Source: Candidatus Hodarchaeota archaeon | Lineage (GTDB): Archaea > Asgardarchaeota > Heimdallarchaeia > Hodarchaeales > Hodarchaeaceae | Reading direction: 5' to 3' | Length of the DNA stretch: 64,000 nucleotides | NCBI GenBank assembly: GCA_016839785.1 | Contig: JAEOTQ010000177.1 | Coordinates: 1 to 64,000 of the forward strand | Shown: positions 1 to 9,676 of the stretch, in pieces | Numbering within the stretch: position 1 is the first letter of the stretch | How the letters are laid out: the number at the start of each line of letters is the position of its first letter | Notes under the pieces: model-generated | The model's input: the letters and a program-made list of their open reading frames with translations, nothing else | What the model was told of the DNA's origin: nothing | Databases searched by the model: none | Position numbers and translations under genes: made by a program

Positions 1-783
1 GATCTTGGTAAATCCTACAACACGAATTTAGAAATTATGAAAGAAATACGTCTTGCATTTGGTCCTACATTGATGCTAGGAGTTTTTGGCACACTTATTG
101 GAATCCCACTTGGTATTACACTCGGTACATATGCGGGTTCGCATCGTGAAAGCAAAAGAGATCATCTCATTAGAATATTTTCAATTGGGATTTATTCTAT
201 GCCAATTTTTTTAATTGGGGTAATCATGCAACTTTTTATGATGGAAAATTTTAAAGGTTTTCCTATAATTGCTTTGCTTAAGCCTGGAGCAACAGATAAA
301 TTCACCCATTTTACAGAAATATGGGTTATTGATACCCTACTAAGCGGACGTCCTGATTTGACGATTGATATCATCCTTCATCTAACATTACCAAGTATTG
401 CACTTGGAATGTTAATCGCAGGGACCATAAGTAGGATAATTCGAACGAATATGATTTTTCAACTGGAACAGGACTATATTCATTTTGCTCGCTCACGAGG
501 TATTTCTGAAAACGTAGTAAAATACCGATATTCACTGAAAAATGCAGTAGTACCAACTGTAGGGATGATTGGCTTACAGTTCGCCCTACTTCTATCTGGA
601 GCAATTCTCACTGAAACCACATTCAGTATTCCAGGCTTAGGAAATTATGTATATTTATCTATTGTAAATAGAGATTTTCCAGCAATTCAAGGCGCGTTCG
701 TTGTTCTAATTATCGTTGTAAGCGTAGTTAGCTTATTTAGCGATGTTTTGTATGCTATTTTAGATCCAAGAATAAAGTACTGA
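1..783 (+). CDS. dppB: Peptide ABC transporter permease (DppB/OppB), 5'-truncated by window edge
   Basis: Frame is open from base 1 (DLGKSYNTNLEIM...). EAA-type motif DYIHFARSRGISE; C-terminal LYAILDPRIKY. Confidence 0.92.
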   Translation, partial: DLGKSYNTNLEIMKEIRLAFGPTLMLGVFGTLIGIPLGITLGTYAGSHRESKRDHLIRIFSIGIYSMPIFLIGVIMQLFMMENFKGFPIIALLKPGATDKFTHFTEIWVIDTLLSGRPDLTIDIILHLTLPSIALGMLIAGTISRIIRTNMIFQLEQDYIHFARSRGISENVVKYRYSLKNAVVPTVGMIGLQFALLLSGAILTETTFSIPGLGNYVYLSIVNRDFPAIQGAFVVLIIVVSVVSLFSDVLYAILDPRIKY

Positions 784-797
784 ACAAAAGTAAGAGT

Positions 798-1742
798 GTG
801 ATATCAGATATGCAAACTCAGGAAGTTAACGTAATATCACGTGTTCGATTGATGATAGGACGCGTTTGGGACTTTATTATTCATAATAAATCTTTTACAT
901 TTGGAATGCTGATATTTATTTCAATATTATTTATGGCATTATTTGCAGAGACATTAGCGCCCTCACATTATGCTGAAAGACATAAAGATTGTGGTGAAGA
1001 CAATCCATACTGTCGTTATGATCCCCCTTCAGCTGTTCATCCATTTGGAACCAATCTTCTTGGAAGGGATGTACTCTCTCGGATAATTTATGGCTCACGC
1101 ACTACCCTATTAATTGCTTTCTCTGGAACTATTCTTGGACTTATCATTGGAGTACCTTTGGGGATTATTTCAGGTTATTTTGGGGGTAGAATCGATCGAC
1201 TCTTTACACTAATCGCTGATTCTATTTATTCCTTACCATCGTTATTATTGGCAATCGCACTTGCAATTTTCTTTTCTTCGTCTGGGCTTCTGAAAATTGT
1301 AGCACCCGTATCTTTCGCGACTGCGGTAGTCTATATTCCAACCTATTTTCGAGTTATTCGATCCCAAGTCTTACAGGTTAAAGAAGAGACGTTTGTGTTA
1401 GCAGCAAAAGCTATGGGGGCTGGATCATTAACAATATTGTTACGCTATATAACTCCTAATGTCATATCGTCTTCTATCGCAATTATTCCATTTAATATGA
1501 CCGATGCTATTCTCACAAATGCTGGTCTTGCTTTTCTTGGTTTAGGGATAGCCCCGCCAACACCTGATTGGGGATATGACATATTTGATGCTAAAGATCT
1601 TGCTAAAATACGTCTATATCCATGGTTAATTATATTTCCTGGTTTTATGATATTTCTTCTATCTTTCGCTCTTTCATTAATTGGTGATACTCTAAATGAC
1701 AAGTTCAACCCCCTCCTTAGTAAAAAATTCGAAACAAAGTGA
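798..1742 (+). CDS. dppC: Peptide ABC transporter permease (DppC/OppC)
   Basis: HPFGTNLLGRDVLSRIIYGSR, FVLAAKAMGA, LAFLGLG..PPTPDWG. Confidence 0.93.
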   Translation: MISDMQTQEVNVISRVRLMIGRVWDFIIHNKSFTFGMLIFISILFMALFAETLAPSHYAERHKDCGEDNPYCRYDPPSAVHPFGTNLLGRDVLSRIIYGSRTTLLIAFSGTILGLIIGVPLGIISGYFGGRIDRLFTLIADSIYSLPSLLLAIALAIFFSSSGLLKIVAPVSFATAVVYIPTYFRVIRSQVLQVKEETFVLAAKAMGAGSLTILLRYITPNVISSSIAIIPFNMTDAILTNAGLAFLGLGIAPPTPDWGYDIFDAKDLAKIRLYPWLIIFPGFMIFLLSFALSLIGDTLNDKFNPLLSKKFETK

Positions 1743-2733
1743 TAATCAACCCCTCCTACACGTTCAAGACCTAATCGTTGAATATCCAACCAGTGAAGGA
1801 AATTTACGTGCTGTAGATCATGTCTCGCTTTCGCTCAAAAATGGAGAAGTTCTGGGGCTTGTTGGAGAATCAGGTTGTGGAAAAAGCACATTAGGCTTTG
1901 CTCTTCTTCGTTTATTAAAAGGAGGCTACATTACTGATGGAAAAATTATTTTCGATGGGAAGGATATTGCCAAGGTTTCGGATGAAAGTATGAAGAACCT
2001 TCGTGGAACTCAAATCTCTATGATCTTTCAAGCTTCCCAAAACGCATTAAATCCGTTGCAAAAGGTATCGAGACACTTCAAGGATACACTGAAAGCGCAC
2101 AATAGATGGAATGACGAATCATGGAATAATGTTCTCGAATTGTTAAATCGGTTAGAAATTTCAGATTCTCGTTTGGCGGATTATCCTTTCCAATTTTCAG
2201 GTGGAATGCAACAACGAATTGTCATCGCATTAACCCTTATGCTAAATCCCAAATTGATCGTTGCGGATGAACCTACTACCGCTTTAGATGTTCTTGTTCA
2301 GGCCCGACTTCTACAACTTTTAAAAGATCTTATTAAAGAATTGAATTTGACAGTCATTTATATAACACATGATCTGGGGGTTGTAGCAGAAATTACAAAG
2401 CGTGTGGCGATTATGTATGCAGGAGAGATCGTCGAAATTGCCGATACGGTAACAATTTTCGAGAATGCTGCTCATCCATACACAAAGGCTCTGATAAATG
2501 CGATTCCGAATGTTAAAGATACATCTAAAAAGAAATTAGCTTTCATCCCAGGATTTCCTCCTGATCTAAAAAATCCTCCAACAGGCTGTCGATTTGCTGA
2601 ACGTTGTCCCTATACAATTGAAGCTTGTAGGAAAGAACGAATTAATGATGTCAAAATTCCTTCAGACACTGGTATTGAACATACGGTGAAATGTCTAATG
2701 AATGATGATAAATTCAAGCATCAATTCACCTGA
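1696..2733 (+). CDS. dppD: Peptide ABC transporter ATP-binding protein (DppD/OppD); exact start uncertain
   Basis: Walker A GESGCGKS, signature FSGGMQQR, Walker B IVADEPTTALD, HPYT and GCRFAERCP C-terminal oligo_HPY domain. Confidence 0.93.
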   Translation: MTSSTPSLVKNSKQSDNQPLLHVQDLIVEYPTSEGNLRAVDHVSLSLKNGEVLGLVGESGCGKSTLGFALLRLLKGGYITDGKIIFDGKDIAKVSDESMKNLRGTQISMIFQASQNALNPLQKVSRHFKDTLKAHNRWNDESWNNVLELLNRLEISDSRLADYPFQFSGGMQQRIVIALTLMLNPKLIVADEPTTALDVLVQARLLQLLKDLIKELNLTVIYITHDLGVVAEITKRVAIMYAGEIVEIADTVTIFENAAHPYTKALINAIPNVKDTSKKKLAFIPGFPPDLKNPPTGCRFAERCPYTIEACRKERINDVKIPSDTGIEHTVKCLMNDDKFKHQFT

Positions 2734-3961
2734 AATTGTGATAATCTTGAAGTCAGAAATACGCGATACAGAAACAATTCCATTATTAAAGATACTGAAC
2801 CTACGAAAATACTTCCCAGTAGAACGTGGGTTTTTTCAACAGATATTCTCACGTAAAAAAGAACAAGTTCATGCAGTGGATGATATAAGCTTTTCAATTA
2901 AACGTGGGGAAGTATTCTGCCTTGTGGGCGAGAGTGGTTGTGGTAAAACAACCGCTGCGAACGTTCTCGTTGGTTTAGAGAAACCAACCTCTGGGATCTT
3001 CCGTTGGAAAGGGGAAGAAATTTCTCATAAGGAATTGAAACCGAAGAAAGAGAACATAAAGTCCCAGATTGTGTTTCAAAATCCATATACAGCTTTAAAT
3101 CCACGAATGAGGCTAGGTGACGCAGTATTACATACGCAGATTATTCATAATCGGCTTGAAGACAAGAATACGAAGAAAAAATTAAGGAATGCCTACCTTT
3201 CAGAAGGTTTTCTCTACTTAGGTTCGATTATTTCACTCATACTGATGATCTTTGCATTTCTAATTGAAGGTCGGGGAGCGGAAGTATATGTGATGTCTTC
3301 ACTAGGTTTGTTTACTACAGGTATAGTTATCTATGCTTATTATTCTTTGATACAAAAGAAGAAAATTGCTGACCCCTCTGTTTTAAAATTATTTGATGAG
3401 ATTGGATTGACACCATCGATCCAATATTATAAGAAATTTCCACATGAAGTCAGTGGGGGAGAAAAACAGCGTGTATCTATAGTTCGAGCTTTAATAATGA
3501 ATCCTGAGTTGTTAATTGCAGATGAACCAACTAGTATGCTTGATGTCAGTTTAAGAGCAGGTATCCTTGATTCAATAAAAACCCTTCAGTTATCTTATAA
3601 TCTCTCTATTCTCTTTATCACCCACGATTTAGCTACTGCAAGACACTTTGGTGATCGGGTGGGTGTTATGTACGTTGGAAAATTAGTAGAAATAGGAGAA
3701 GTTGATGCAATTTTCCAAAAGCCGCTTCATCCCTATACAAAAGCCCTTATTGAAGCCATTCCCACTCCAATTCCGGGTGAGAAAAATTTGAATCTCCCTA
3801 AAGGAGAAGTTGCAGATACCATTAGTCCTCCTTCTGGATGTCGATATCACCCACGATGTCCAATTGCAGAATTATCATTATGTAGTGTGGAGCAACCACC
3901 ATTGAAGGAAGAAGCACCTAATCACTGGGTAGCGTGCCATTTTGCCAAAAATTTTGTTTGA
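2702..3961 (+). CDS. dppF: Peptide ABC transporter ATP-binding protein (DppF/OppF) with an inserted hydrophobic hairpin; true start probably near 2738-2748
   Basis: GESGCGKT, VSGGEKQR, IADEPTSMLD, HPYT, GCRYHPRCP, HWVACH. About 60 aa hydrophobic insert after the Q-loop. Confidence 0.9.
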   Translation: MMINSSINSPEIVIILKSEIRDTETIPLLKILNLRKYFPVERGFFQQIFSRKKEQVHAVDDISFSIKRGEVFCLVGESGCGKTTAANVLVGLEKPTSGIFRWKGEEISHKELKPKKENIKSQIVFQNPYTALNPRMRLGDAVLHTQIIHNRLEDKNTKKKLRNAYLSEGFLYLGSIISLILMIFAFLIEGRGAEVYVMSSLGLFTTGIVIYAYYSLIQKKKIADPSVLKLFDEIGLTPSIQYYKKFPHEVSGGEKQRVSIVRALIMNPELLIADEPTSMLDVSLRAGILDSIKTLQLSYNLSILFITHDLATARHFGDRVGVMYVGKLVEIGEVDAIFQKPLHPYTKALIEAIPTPIPGEKNLNLPKGEVADTISPPSGCRYHPRCPIAELSLCSVEQPPLKEEAPNHWVACHFAKNFV

Positions 3962-4145
3962 GATTTCTGTTGACTATATCAAAAAACACAATATTAGCAA
4001 ATATATCTCTTTCATTTATTTTCTGGAAGGGCTTAAGACATCAGGATTATTTGGGGGTAAATATTTTTATGAAGTGTTATCTTATATGAAATATCGACAT
4101 TTTCCTTCATAATTTGATTTCCTATAATATAGTGAAGTTTACCTT

Positions 4146-4745
4146 ATGATAAAAGGAGTTATATTTGATTTAGGTGGAGTATTAATAGATAATCCAGCAT
4201 TACCCATGAAATCACATATAACAAGAGTATTAAAAATATCCGAAGCTCAGCTACACACTTTAACTACTCCTTTAATACCTCTCTACCAAAAAGGATTGCT
4301 AACTGAAGAGGAATTTTGGCGACGTGTTACTAAGAATATTAAACTAGAAAGAGAGATAACAACTTCTATTTGGGAAGAGGCGATTAAAAAGTCATATTCT
4401 CCGAAAACAGAGATGTTCTCACTTGTTTCAGAGCTTAAGAAAAACGGAATGAAAATCGGAATCCTTTCCAATACCGAAATTCCAGTAGTAAACTTTTTGT
4501 CTAGAATGGATTATTCCATATTTGATGTGCTAATATACTCATGTTTAGAGGGGATGAGGAAGCCTGAAAAGGAAATATATCTACTCTCAATTAATCGTAT
4601 GGGATTTAAAGGTGAAGAAATTATATTTATTGATGATTCAGAAGAAAATATTAAAGCAAGTCAGGAAAGTGGGATGCACAGTATTTTATTCGTCTCTCCC
4701 ACTCAAATTAGAGATGAAATTGGGAAACTTACTGGAATCGTATAA
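4146..4745 (+). CDS. HAD-family phosphatase
   Basis: Motif I FDLGGVL, LSN, RKPEKEIY, FIDD. Confidence 0.9.
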   Translation: MIKGVIFDLGGVLIDNPALPMKSHITRVLKISEAQLHTLTTPLIPLYQKGLLTEEEFWRRVTKNIKLEREITTSIWEEAIKKSYSPKTEMFSLVSELKKNGMKIGILSNTEIPVVNFLSRMDYSIFDVLIYSCLEGMRKPEKEIYLLSINRMGFKGEEIIFIDDSEENIKASQESGMHSILFVSPTQIRDEIGKLTGIV

Positions 4746-4813
4746 CTAGACAATAAGTATTAAATTAAAGGTCAAAAGAAGAACTAGACAGGCTTGATCC
4801 TCTTCTGTGATTC

Positions 4814-5569
4814 TTGGGTGATTCAATGAGTTCAATCAGTACAATTTCACTAGATCTTTTCGAAACCCTAGTTCATTTTAGTGCTCAGAAATTTAACTCT
4901 CGCGAGACACTTGAAAAAGCCCTTCAAACACATCCCAAAGTACCGGAAATTCCATTTGAAATAGTTTATTCCCAATATTATGAAATCGTACGGAAAAAAA
5001 TGCGTGACTATAATACTGAAAATGAGTTTCGGAATGATGAGATCCTATTACAAATCTGGGAACAAAATAGTTATCCAGTAACCGAGGAATTGGAACAAAT
5101 CGCATTTAATGTAATGTCGTATTATTTTGCGGATGTTACACATTTAGTTTCCCCGTTCTCGGGGGTGTATGACACGCTCGATTACCTTATTGAGAATGGT
5201 CTACAGTTAATTCTTTTATCGAATCATAGTTGGGCACCAAATGGTTGGGAATTAGTTAACCATTATAACTTGACAGATTATTTTTCAAAGATTATCTTCT
5301 CCGCAGATGTTGGATTTAAAAAACCATCACCTAGAATTTTCCATCACATTAATGAAGCATTTCCTAGCTCAAAACAATCGGATATTCTTCATGTGGGAGA
5401 TGATTTACTTACCGATATTGATGGAGCACTTAAATACGGAATAAAAGCACTATGGATAGAAAATTCAAGATCTAAAGCAGATGAAAGTGACTTCTGGAAT
5501 CATCCTAATTATTTAGGGAAAATTCCAAATATTAGAGCCCTACCTGCCTTTCTCGAAGGTCATGTGTAG
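4814..5569 (+). CDS. HAD-family hydrolase
   Basis: SLDLFETL, LLSN, GFKKPSPRIF, HVGDDLLTDIDGA. Confidence 0.88.
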   Translation: MGDSMSSISTISLDLFETLVHFSAQKFNSRETLEKALQTHPKVPEIPFEIVYSQYYEIVRKKMRDYNTENEFRNDEILLQIWEQNSYPVTEELEQIAFNVMSYYFADVTHLVSPFSGVYDTLDYLIENGLQLILLSNHSWAPNGWELVNHYNLTDYFSKIIFSADVGFKKPSPRIFHHINEAFPSSKQSDILHVGDDLLTDIDGALKYGIKALWIENSRSKADESDFWNHPNYLGKIPNIRALPAFLEGHV

Positions 5570-5683
5570 ACAAAGATAACTCTTTTACAAGTGCAGAGAA
5601 TCGCTCTGTAACTTCAGAAAGAAGGTTTAACTATAATTTTGAACGAAGTTTTAACTTAAGAAAATTAAGGACTAAGAACTTGG

Positions 5684-6241
5684 GTGATAGATGTGCAGAC
5701 GTATGTCAAACAATCATTTAAAGATCAATTGGAGCAAATCTCTGATGGTGAATTACGTAAAAAGGTTATAGACGTTTGTGTGGAAGCGTTACAACTGGGA
5801 AACAATGGAAAAGGATGGACTGATATGGATTTTCCATTCACTTTACTAATTCCAAATCTAAAAGTCAGTTATAAGGAGCACGTCCGTATTGTAACAGACC
5901 TTGCTATTCAATCAGCAAAAATTTTGATGAATAACGGAGTACCTATCAATCTTGATGTTTTAATAGCTAGTGCTATACTACATGATGTAGGCAAACCGAT
6001 TGAATATGCAAAAATTCCAGATGGAACCGTCGGAAAATCCGATTCTGGGAATCGACTACGTCATCCTGTTACGGGTGCGGGTTTGGCTTTGAAACATGAA
6101 ATGCCTTATGAAATTGTCCAGAACATATATCAACATTCATGGGAAGGAGAAAGAGGCCCAGGACGAACAGTTGAAGGAGAAATTCTACATCGGTGCGATT
6201 TCCTCCACTATGGACCTTTAAAGATCTCGATGAGTAAATAG
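5684..6241 (+). CDS. HD/HDIG-domain metal-dependent phosphohydrolase
   Basis: EHV...AILHDVGK...RHPVTGA...HS...D metal-binding pattern. Confidence 0.85.
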   Translation: MIDVQTYVKQSFKDQLEQISDGELRKKVIDVCVEALQLGNNGKGWTDMDFPFTLLIPNLKVSYKEHVRIVTDLAIQSAKILMNNGVPINLDVLIASAILHDVGKPIEYAKIPDGTVGKSDSGNRLRHPVTGAGLALKHEMPYEIVQNIYQHSWEGERGPGRTVEGEILHRCDFLHYGPLKISMSK

Positions 6242-6260
6242 AACAGAAGGTTTGTCAATA

Positions 6261-7397
6261 ATGAGTAAAAAATATAAAATTGGATTCCTGCCTGGTGATG
6301 GGATTGGAGTAGACGTCTTAGAGGCTTCAAAGGCTATTCTTGATATAGCAGATTTTAATGCAGAGTATATTCCACTAGATATCGGTTTCAAAATTTTCGA
6401 AAGTGAAGGAGATGCACTACCCTCACGTACAGTAGAAGCATTAAAGAATTGTGATGCTGCACTCTTTGGAGCAATCACAAGTAAACCACGTACTGATCCA
6501 AGTGTTCAAAAAGTAGAACAAGAATTTGGAGTAACCTACCGATCTCCAATTGTACGTTTAAGACAAGTTTTTGATCTTTATAGCAATATGCGACCCTCCA
6601 AGAGTTACGAGGGAAATCCCTTGAACTTCAGGAAGATTGACGGGAGTGTTCCCCATATCGACATTGTTACTTTCAGAGAAAATACTCAGGGCCTTTATTC
6701 TGGTATTGAATTCGAAAGTTTGATTCCAGAATTAAAAAATATCGATTCATTCAAAGCTTTCCAAGATAGAACGAAGGCCACTGACGAAAATATCCGAATT
6801 AGCTGTCGAGTTTTCACTAAAGAAGGCTGTGATAGAATTATTAGGAAAGCTTTTGACTATGCCAAAACTACAGGCCGAAATAAAGTCACAGTTGTCCATA
6901 AAGCGAATGTAATAAGGGCAACCGATGGCCTGTTTCTCGAAATTGCTAAGGAAATTGCCTCTGAATATCCAGAAGTGGATTGGTGGGACGAAAACATTGA
7001 CGCTACGGCAATGTGGCTGATGAAACGTCCTGATGAATACTCTGTAATTGTTTCTTCGAATATGTTCGGTGATATAATAACTGACCAAGCAGCCATGTTA
7101 AGTGGTGGCTTAGGATTTGCTGCTTCGGCATCTACGTCCGAAAAATTTGGAGTTTTTGAACCAAATCATGGTAGTGCTCCGAAATACGCGGGACAAAATA
7201 AAGTAAATCCTATTGCTGCAATTAAATCCATTGCTTTAATGTGGGAATGGTTAGGAGAGACTAATCTTTCTGAAAAACTTGAAAATTCGATTGCTGAAAA
7301 CGTTAAGACGGGAAAGATTCGCACCTATGACATGGGTGGAACTAGTAGTACAACTGATGTGGCAAATGACATAGCAAGAATCTTTGGAGAGAAATAG
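6261..7397 (+). CDS. Isocitrate/isopropylmalate/homoisocitrate dehydrogenase family
   Basis: LPGDGIGVDV, FRENTQGLYSG, VHKANV, NMFGDIITD, FEPNHGSAPKYAG..NP, RTYDMGG. ATG at 6261 preferred over TTG at 6252. Confidence 0.92.
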   Translation: MSKKYKIGFLPGDGIGVDVLEASKAILDIADFNAEYIPLDIGFKIFESEGDALPSRTVEALKNCDAALFGAITSKPRTDPSVQKVEQEFGVTYRSPIVRLRQVFDLYSNMRPSKSYEGNPLNFRKIDGSVPHIDIVTFRENTQGLYSGIEFESLIPELKNIDSFKAFQDRTKATDENIRISCRVFTKEGCDRIIRKAFDYAKTTGRNKVTVVHKANVIRATDGLFLEIAKEIASEYPEVDWWDENIDATAMWLMKRPDEYSVIVSSNMFGDIITDQAAMLSGGLGFAASASTSEKFGVFEPNHGSAPKYAGQNKVNPIAAIKSIALMWEWLGETNLSEKLENSIAENVKTGKIRTYDMGGTSSTTDVANDIARIFGEK

Positions 7398-7419
7398 CTC
7401 TCTACTTCTTCTTTTTTTT
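7398..7419 (+). terminator. Archaeal pyrimidine/oligo-T terminator
   Basis: ctctctacttcttcttttttt directly after the stop codon. Confidence 0.5.
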
Positions 7420-7548
7420 ATTGCTAGTCTGAATTCTTATATAGTTCCTACACCATTATACGAAATCGTTAGTTCAATCGTTTTTAATTTCCCTTCATTC
7501 ATGTTGTTCCAAGAAATAATCTCAATCTGGAGTATTGAGGAACAAGAA

Positions 7549-8130
7549 ATGACATCAAATTCGAAAGAAGAACTAAGAAATAAGATCAGTGAGTTGGAGA
7601 AGGAGATCTGGGAGAAGGAAAAACAAGTTGTAGAACTTAAAAAGAGTCTAGCCGAAAAAAGTGTTTTAGATTATGAATTTGACGCAACCGATGGAAAAGT
7701 TAACCTTTCAGAACTTTTTGATAATAAGGATGACTTGATCATAATCCATAATATGGGGAATAAATGTCCCTATTGTACAATGTGGGCTGATGGTTTTAAT
7801 GGCCTATTACATCATCTAACAGACCGAGCTGCATTTGTTGTCGTTTCACCTTATAGTCCTGAAGTCCAACATACATTTGCACAAACTCGCGGCTGGAAGT
7901 TTAAGATGGTCTCTACTCAAGATAGTTCATTTACAAAGGATATGGGGTACGAATTTGAGGATAAAAAATACATCCCTGGGGTGTCTGTATTTCACAAAGA
8001 TGATACTGGAAAAATTGAACGTACTGGTATGGATGTATTCGGTCCAGGTGATAACTATAACAGTCCGTGGCATCTATTCCAGTTACTAAAATATGGTGTG
8101 AACGAGTGGCACCCCAAATTTGAATATTAA
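7549..8130 (+). CDS. DUF899-family thioredoxin-like protein
   Basis: N-terminal coiled coil, DYEF...LSELF..KDDLIIIHNMG..CPYCTMWADGFNG, GVSVF. ATG at 7549 follows GAGG; the ORF-track start at 7384 runs through the upstream terminator. Confidence 0.82.
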   Translation: MTSNSKEELRNKISELEKEIWEKEKQVVELKKSLAEKSVLDYEFDATDGKVNLSELFDNKDDLIIIHNMGNKCPYCTMWADGFNGLLHHLTDRAAFVVVSPYSPEVQHTFAQTRGWKFKMVSTQDSSFTKDMGYEFEDKKYIPGVSVFHKDDTGKIERTGMDVFGPGDNYNSPWHLFQLLKYGVNEWHPKFEY

Positions 8131-8198
8131 TATTTTTCAATGATTGTTGATTTTTGTTATCCAGATACCGAAAATCCAACTAGAATTCCAACGAGAAT

Positions 8199-9266
8199 TT
8201 GCATCAGGAGACATTCATTGTGCTTTCCTTCATAAAAGTGACACATTCTGGCTCTGAAATATCTCAGGTTGACCCCACTCATTTTATGTGGTTCTTCACA
8301 AATCTATTGATGTTTATTGTCGTTTCTGCGGGAATATTTCTTGTTATTCAAGGAATGAATAGAACAGAAACGTTGAAAACGGGTTCAGGTCCATGGATTA
8401 TATTCGGATTAGTTTTAACTTTACCATCTATTGTGAATGAAATTTTCGATGAATTTGAAATTATTCTGGATGGAAATTTTTATCCAGCAGAATTATATGA
8501 ATTTATATTTACTTTTTCTCCATTTTTAACACTAATTGGTGCCCTTGCCCTAATCATTGGATTATATCGACAATTCTTAGTTGGGGAACATCTAAGTCAA
8601 AAAATGTCAAGGAAAACTCTGGAACTTGAGTCTCAGAAACAAGAATTGAGTAAATTCGCTCACACTTTGAGCCACGACCTAAGGAATGAACTTGCATTAA
8701 TCTTGACAACTTTAGAACTGGCTGAAAAGAAAAAATCCTTTGATATAGAAGATATTGACCTGATTAAGAGAAGAACTCATCAGGTAACATCTCTAATTAA
8801 TCGTTCTATAGAATTGGCTGATGCAGGGCTAATTGTTGGTGAGAAGGAGCTAGTAAACCTTAATAAGCTTATTAAAGAGGTTTCTGAAGCCACAGTTCCA
8901 TCATCCATTATAGTGACAACAACAAATCTACCTTCACTAGTTGCAGATAAAGAAAAATTATACCAAGTATTCAAGAATCTTCTTGAAAACGCAGTCATTC
9001 ATGCAAAGCCAAGTACAATTGAAGTTGCTGCTAAACACACAGAAGAGGAAATACATATTCTTATTAGCCACGACGGAAATCCCGTTCGAATAAGTATGAG
9101 AACTAAAATGTTCCAAAAAGACGCTATTGATCAAGAGGGAGACGAAAGGATGGGTTTACGAATTATCACACGTATTGTGGAAGCACATGAGTGGCAAATC
9201 ATGTTAGATAATACAGGAAGAACTGTTGTCATTATTATTCCACAAACAACATTGGTACGGGAATAG
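8199..9266 (+). CDS. Membrane sensor histidine kinase (degenerate G boxes)
   Basis: About 3 N-terminal TM segments, H-box LSHDLRN, N-box QVFKNLLENAVIH, IVEAHEW. Confidence 0.85.
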   Translation: MHQETFIVLSFIKVTHSGSEISQVDPTHFMWFFTNLLMFIVVSAGIFLVIQGMNRTETLKTGSGPWIIFGLVLTLPSIVNEIFDEFEIILDGNFYPAELYEFIFTFSPFLTLIGALALIIGLYRQFLVGEHLSQKMSRKTLELESQKQELSKFAHTLSHDLRNELALILTTLELAEKKKSFDIEDIDLIKRRTHQVTSLINRSIELADAGLIVGEKELVNLNKLIKEVSEATVPSSIIVTTTNLPSLVADKEKLYQVFKNLLENAVIHAKPSTIEVAAKHTEEEIHILISHDGNPVRISMRTKMFQKDAIDQEGDERMGLRIITRIVEAHEWQIMLDNTGRTVVIIIPQTTLVRE

Positions 9267-9270
9267 TTTA

Positions 9271-9549
9271 ATGAGTGTAAAAGTCATTTTTTTTGGTCCA
9301 CTCGAGCGCTGGGCTGGAAAAAGAGAATTTTTAACTGAAGGAAATTCGATACAGGAAGTTTTTGAGACACTAACGAAAGAAATCGGCAAATCTTTAATCC
9401 ATCATATTGCAAGACAAGATACTGGAGAAATAAAAAGCCATTTCCATGTATTATTGAATGGTATCGACACAGATTCGAGTGATTGTCTCACTATTTCTGT
9501 AAAGGGCGGAGATATTATTACTATTGTGCCACCGATAGGGGGAGGCTAA
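9271..9549 (+). CDS. Ubiquitin-like MoaD/ThiS/SAMP/Urm1 protein
   Basis: VKVIFFG, VLLNG, GDIITIVPPIGGG di-glycine C-terminus. ATG at 9271. Confidence 0.9.
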   Translation: MSVKVIFFGPLERWAGKREFLTEGNSIQEVFETLTKEIGKSLIHHIARQDTGEIKSHFHVLLNGIDTDSSDCLTISVKGGDIITIVPPIGGG

Positions 9550-9676
9550 ATTATTAAGTCTATTCCAGTATCTAAAAACAGTAAATAATAAACTAGTATC
9601 TGTCTTTAGAAAAATTTATATGAATATTTTTCTTTGAAGATCATAAGTTAATTCTGAGTATTTCTACTATTGAAAG

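Noticed and set aside
7384-7548. Hydrophobic N-terminal extension of the DUF899 ORF
   Set aside because: It is a translation of the upstream T-rich terminator/intergenic DNA. ATG 7549 with GAGG is the better start.
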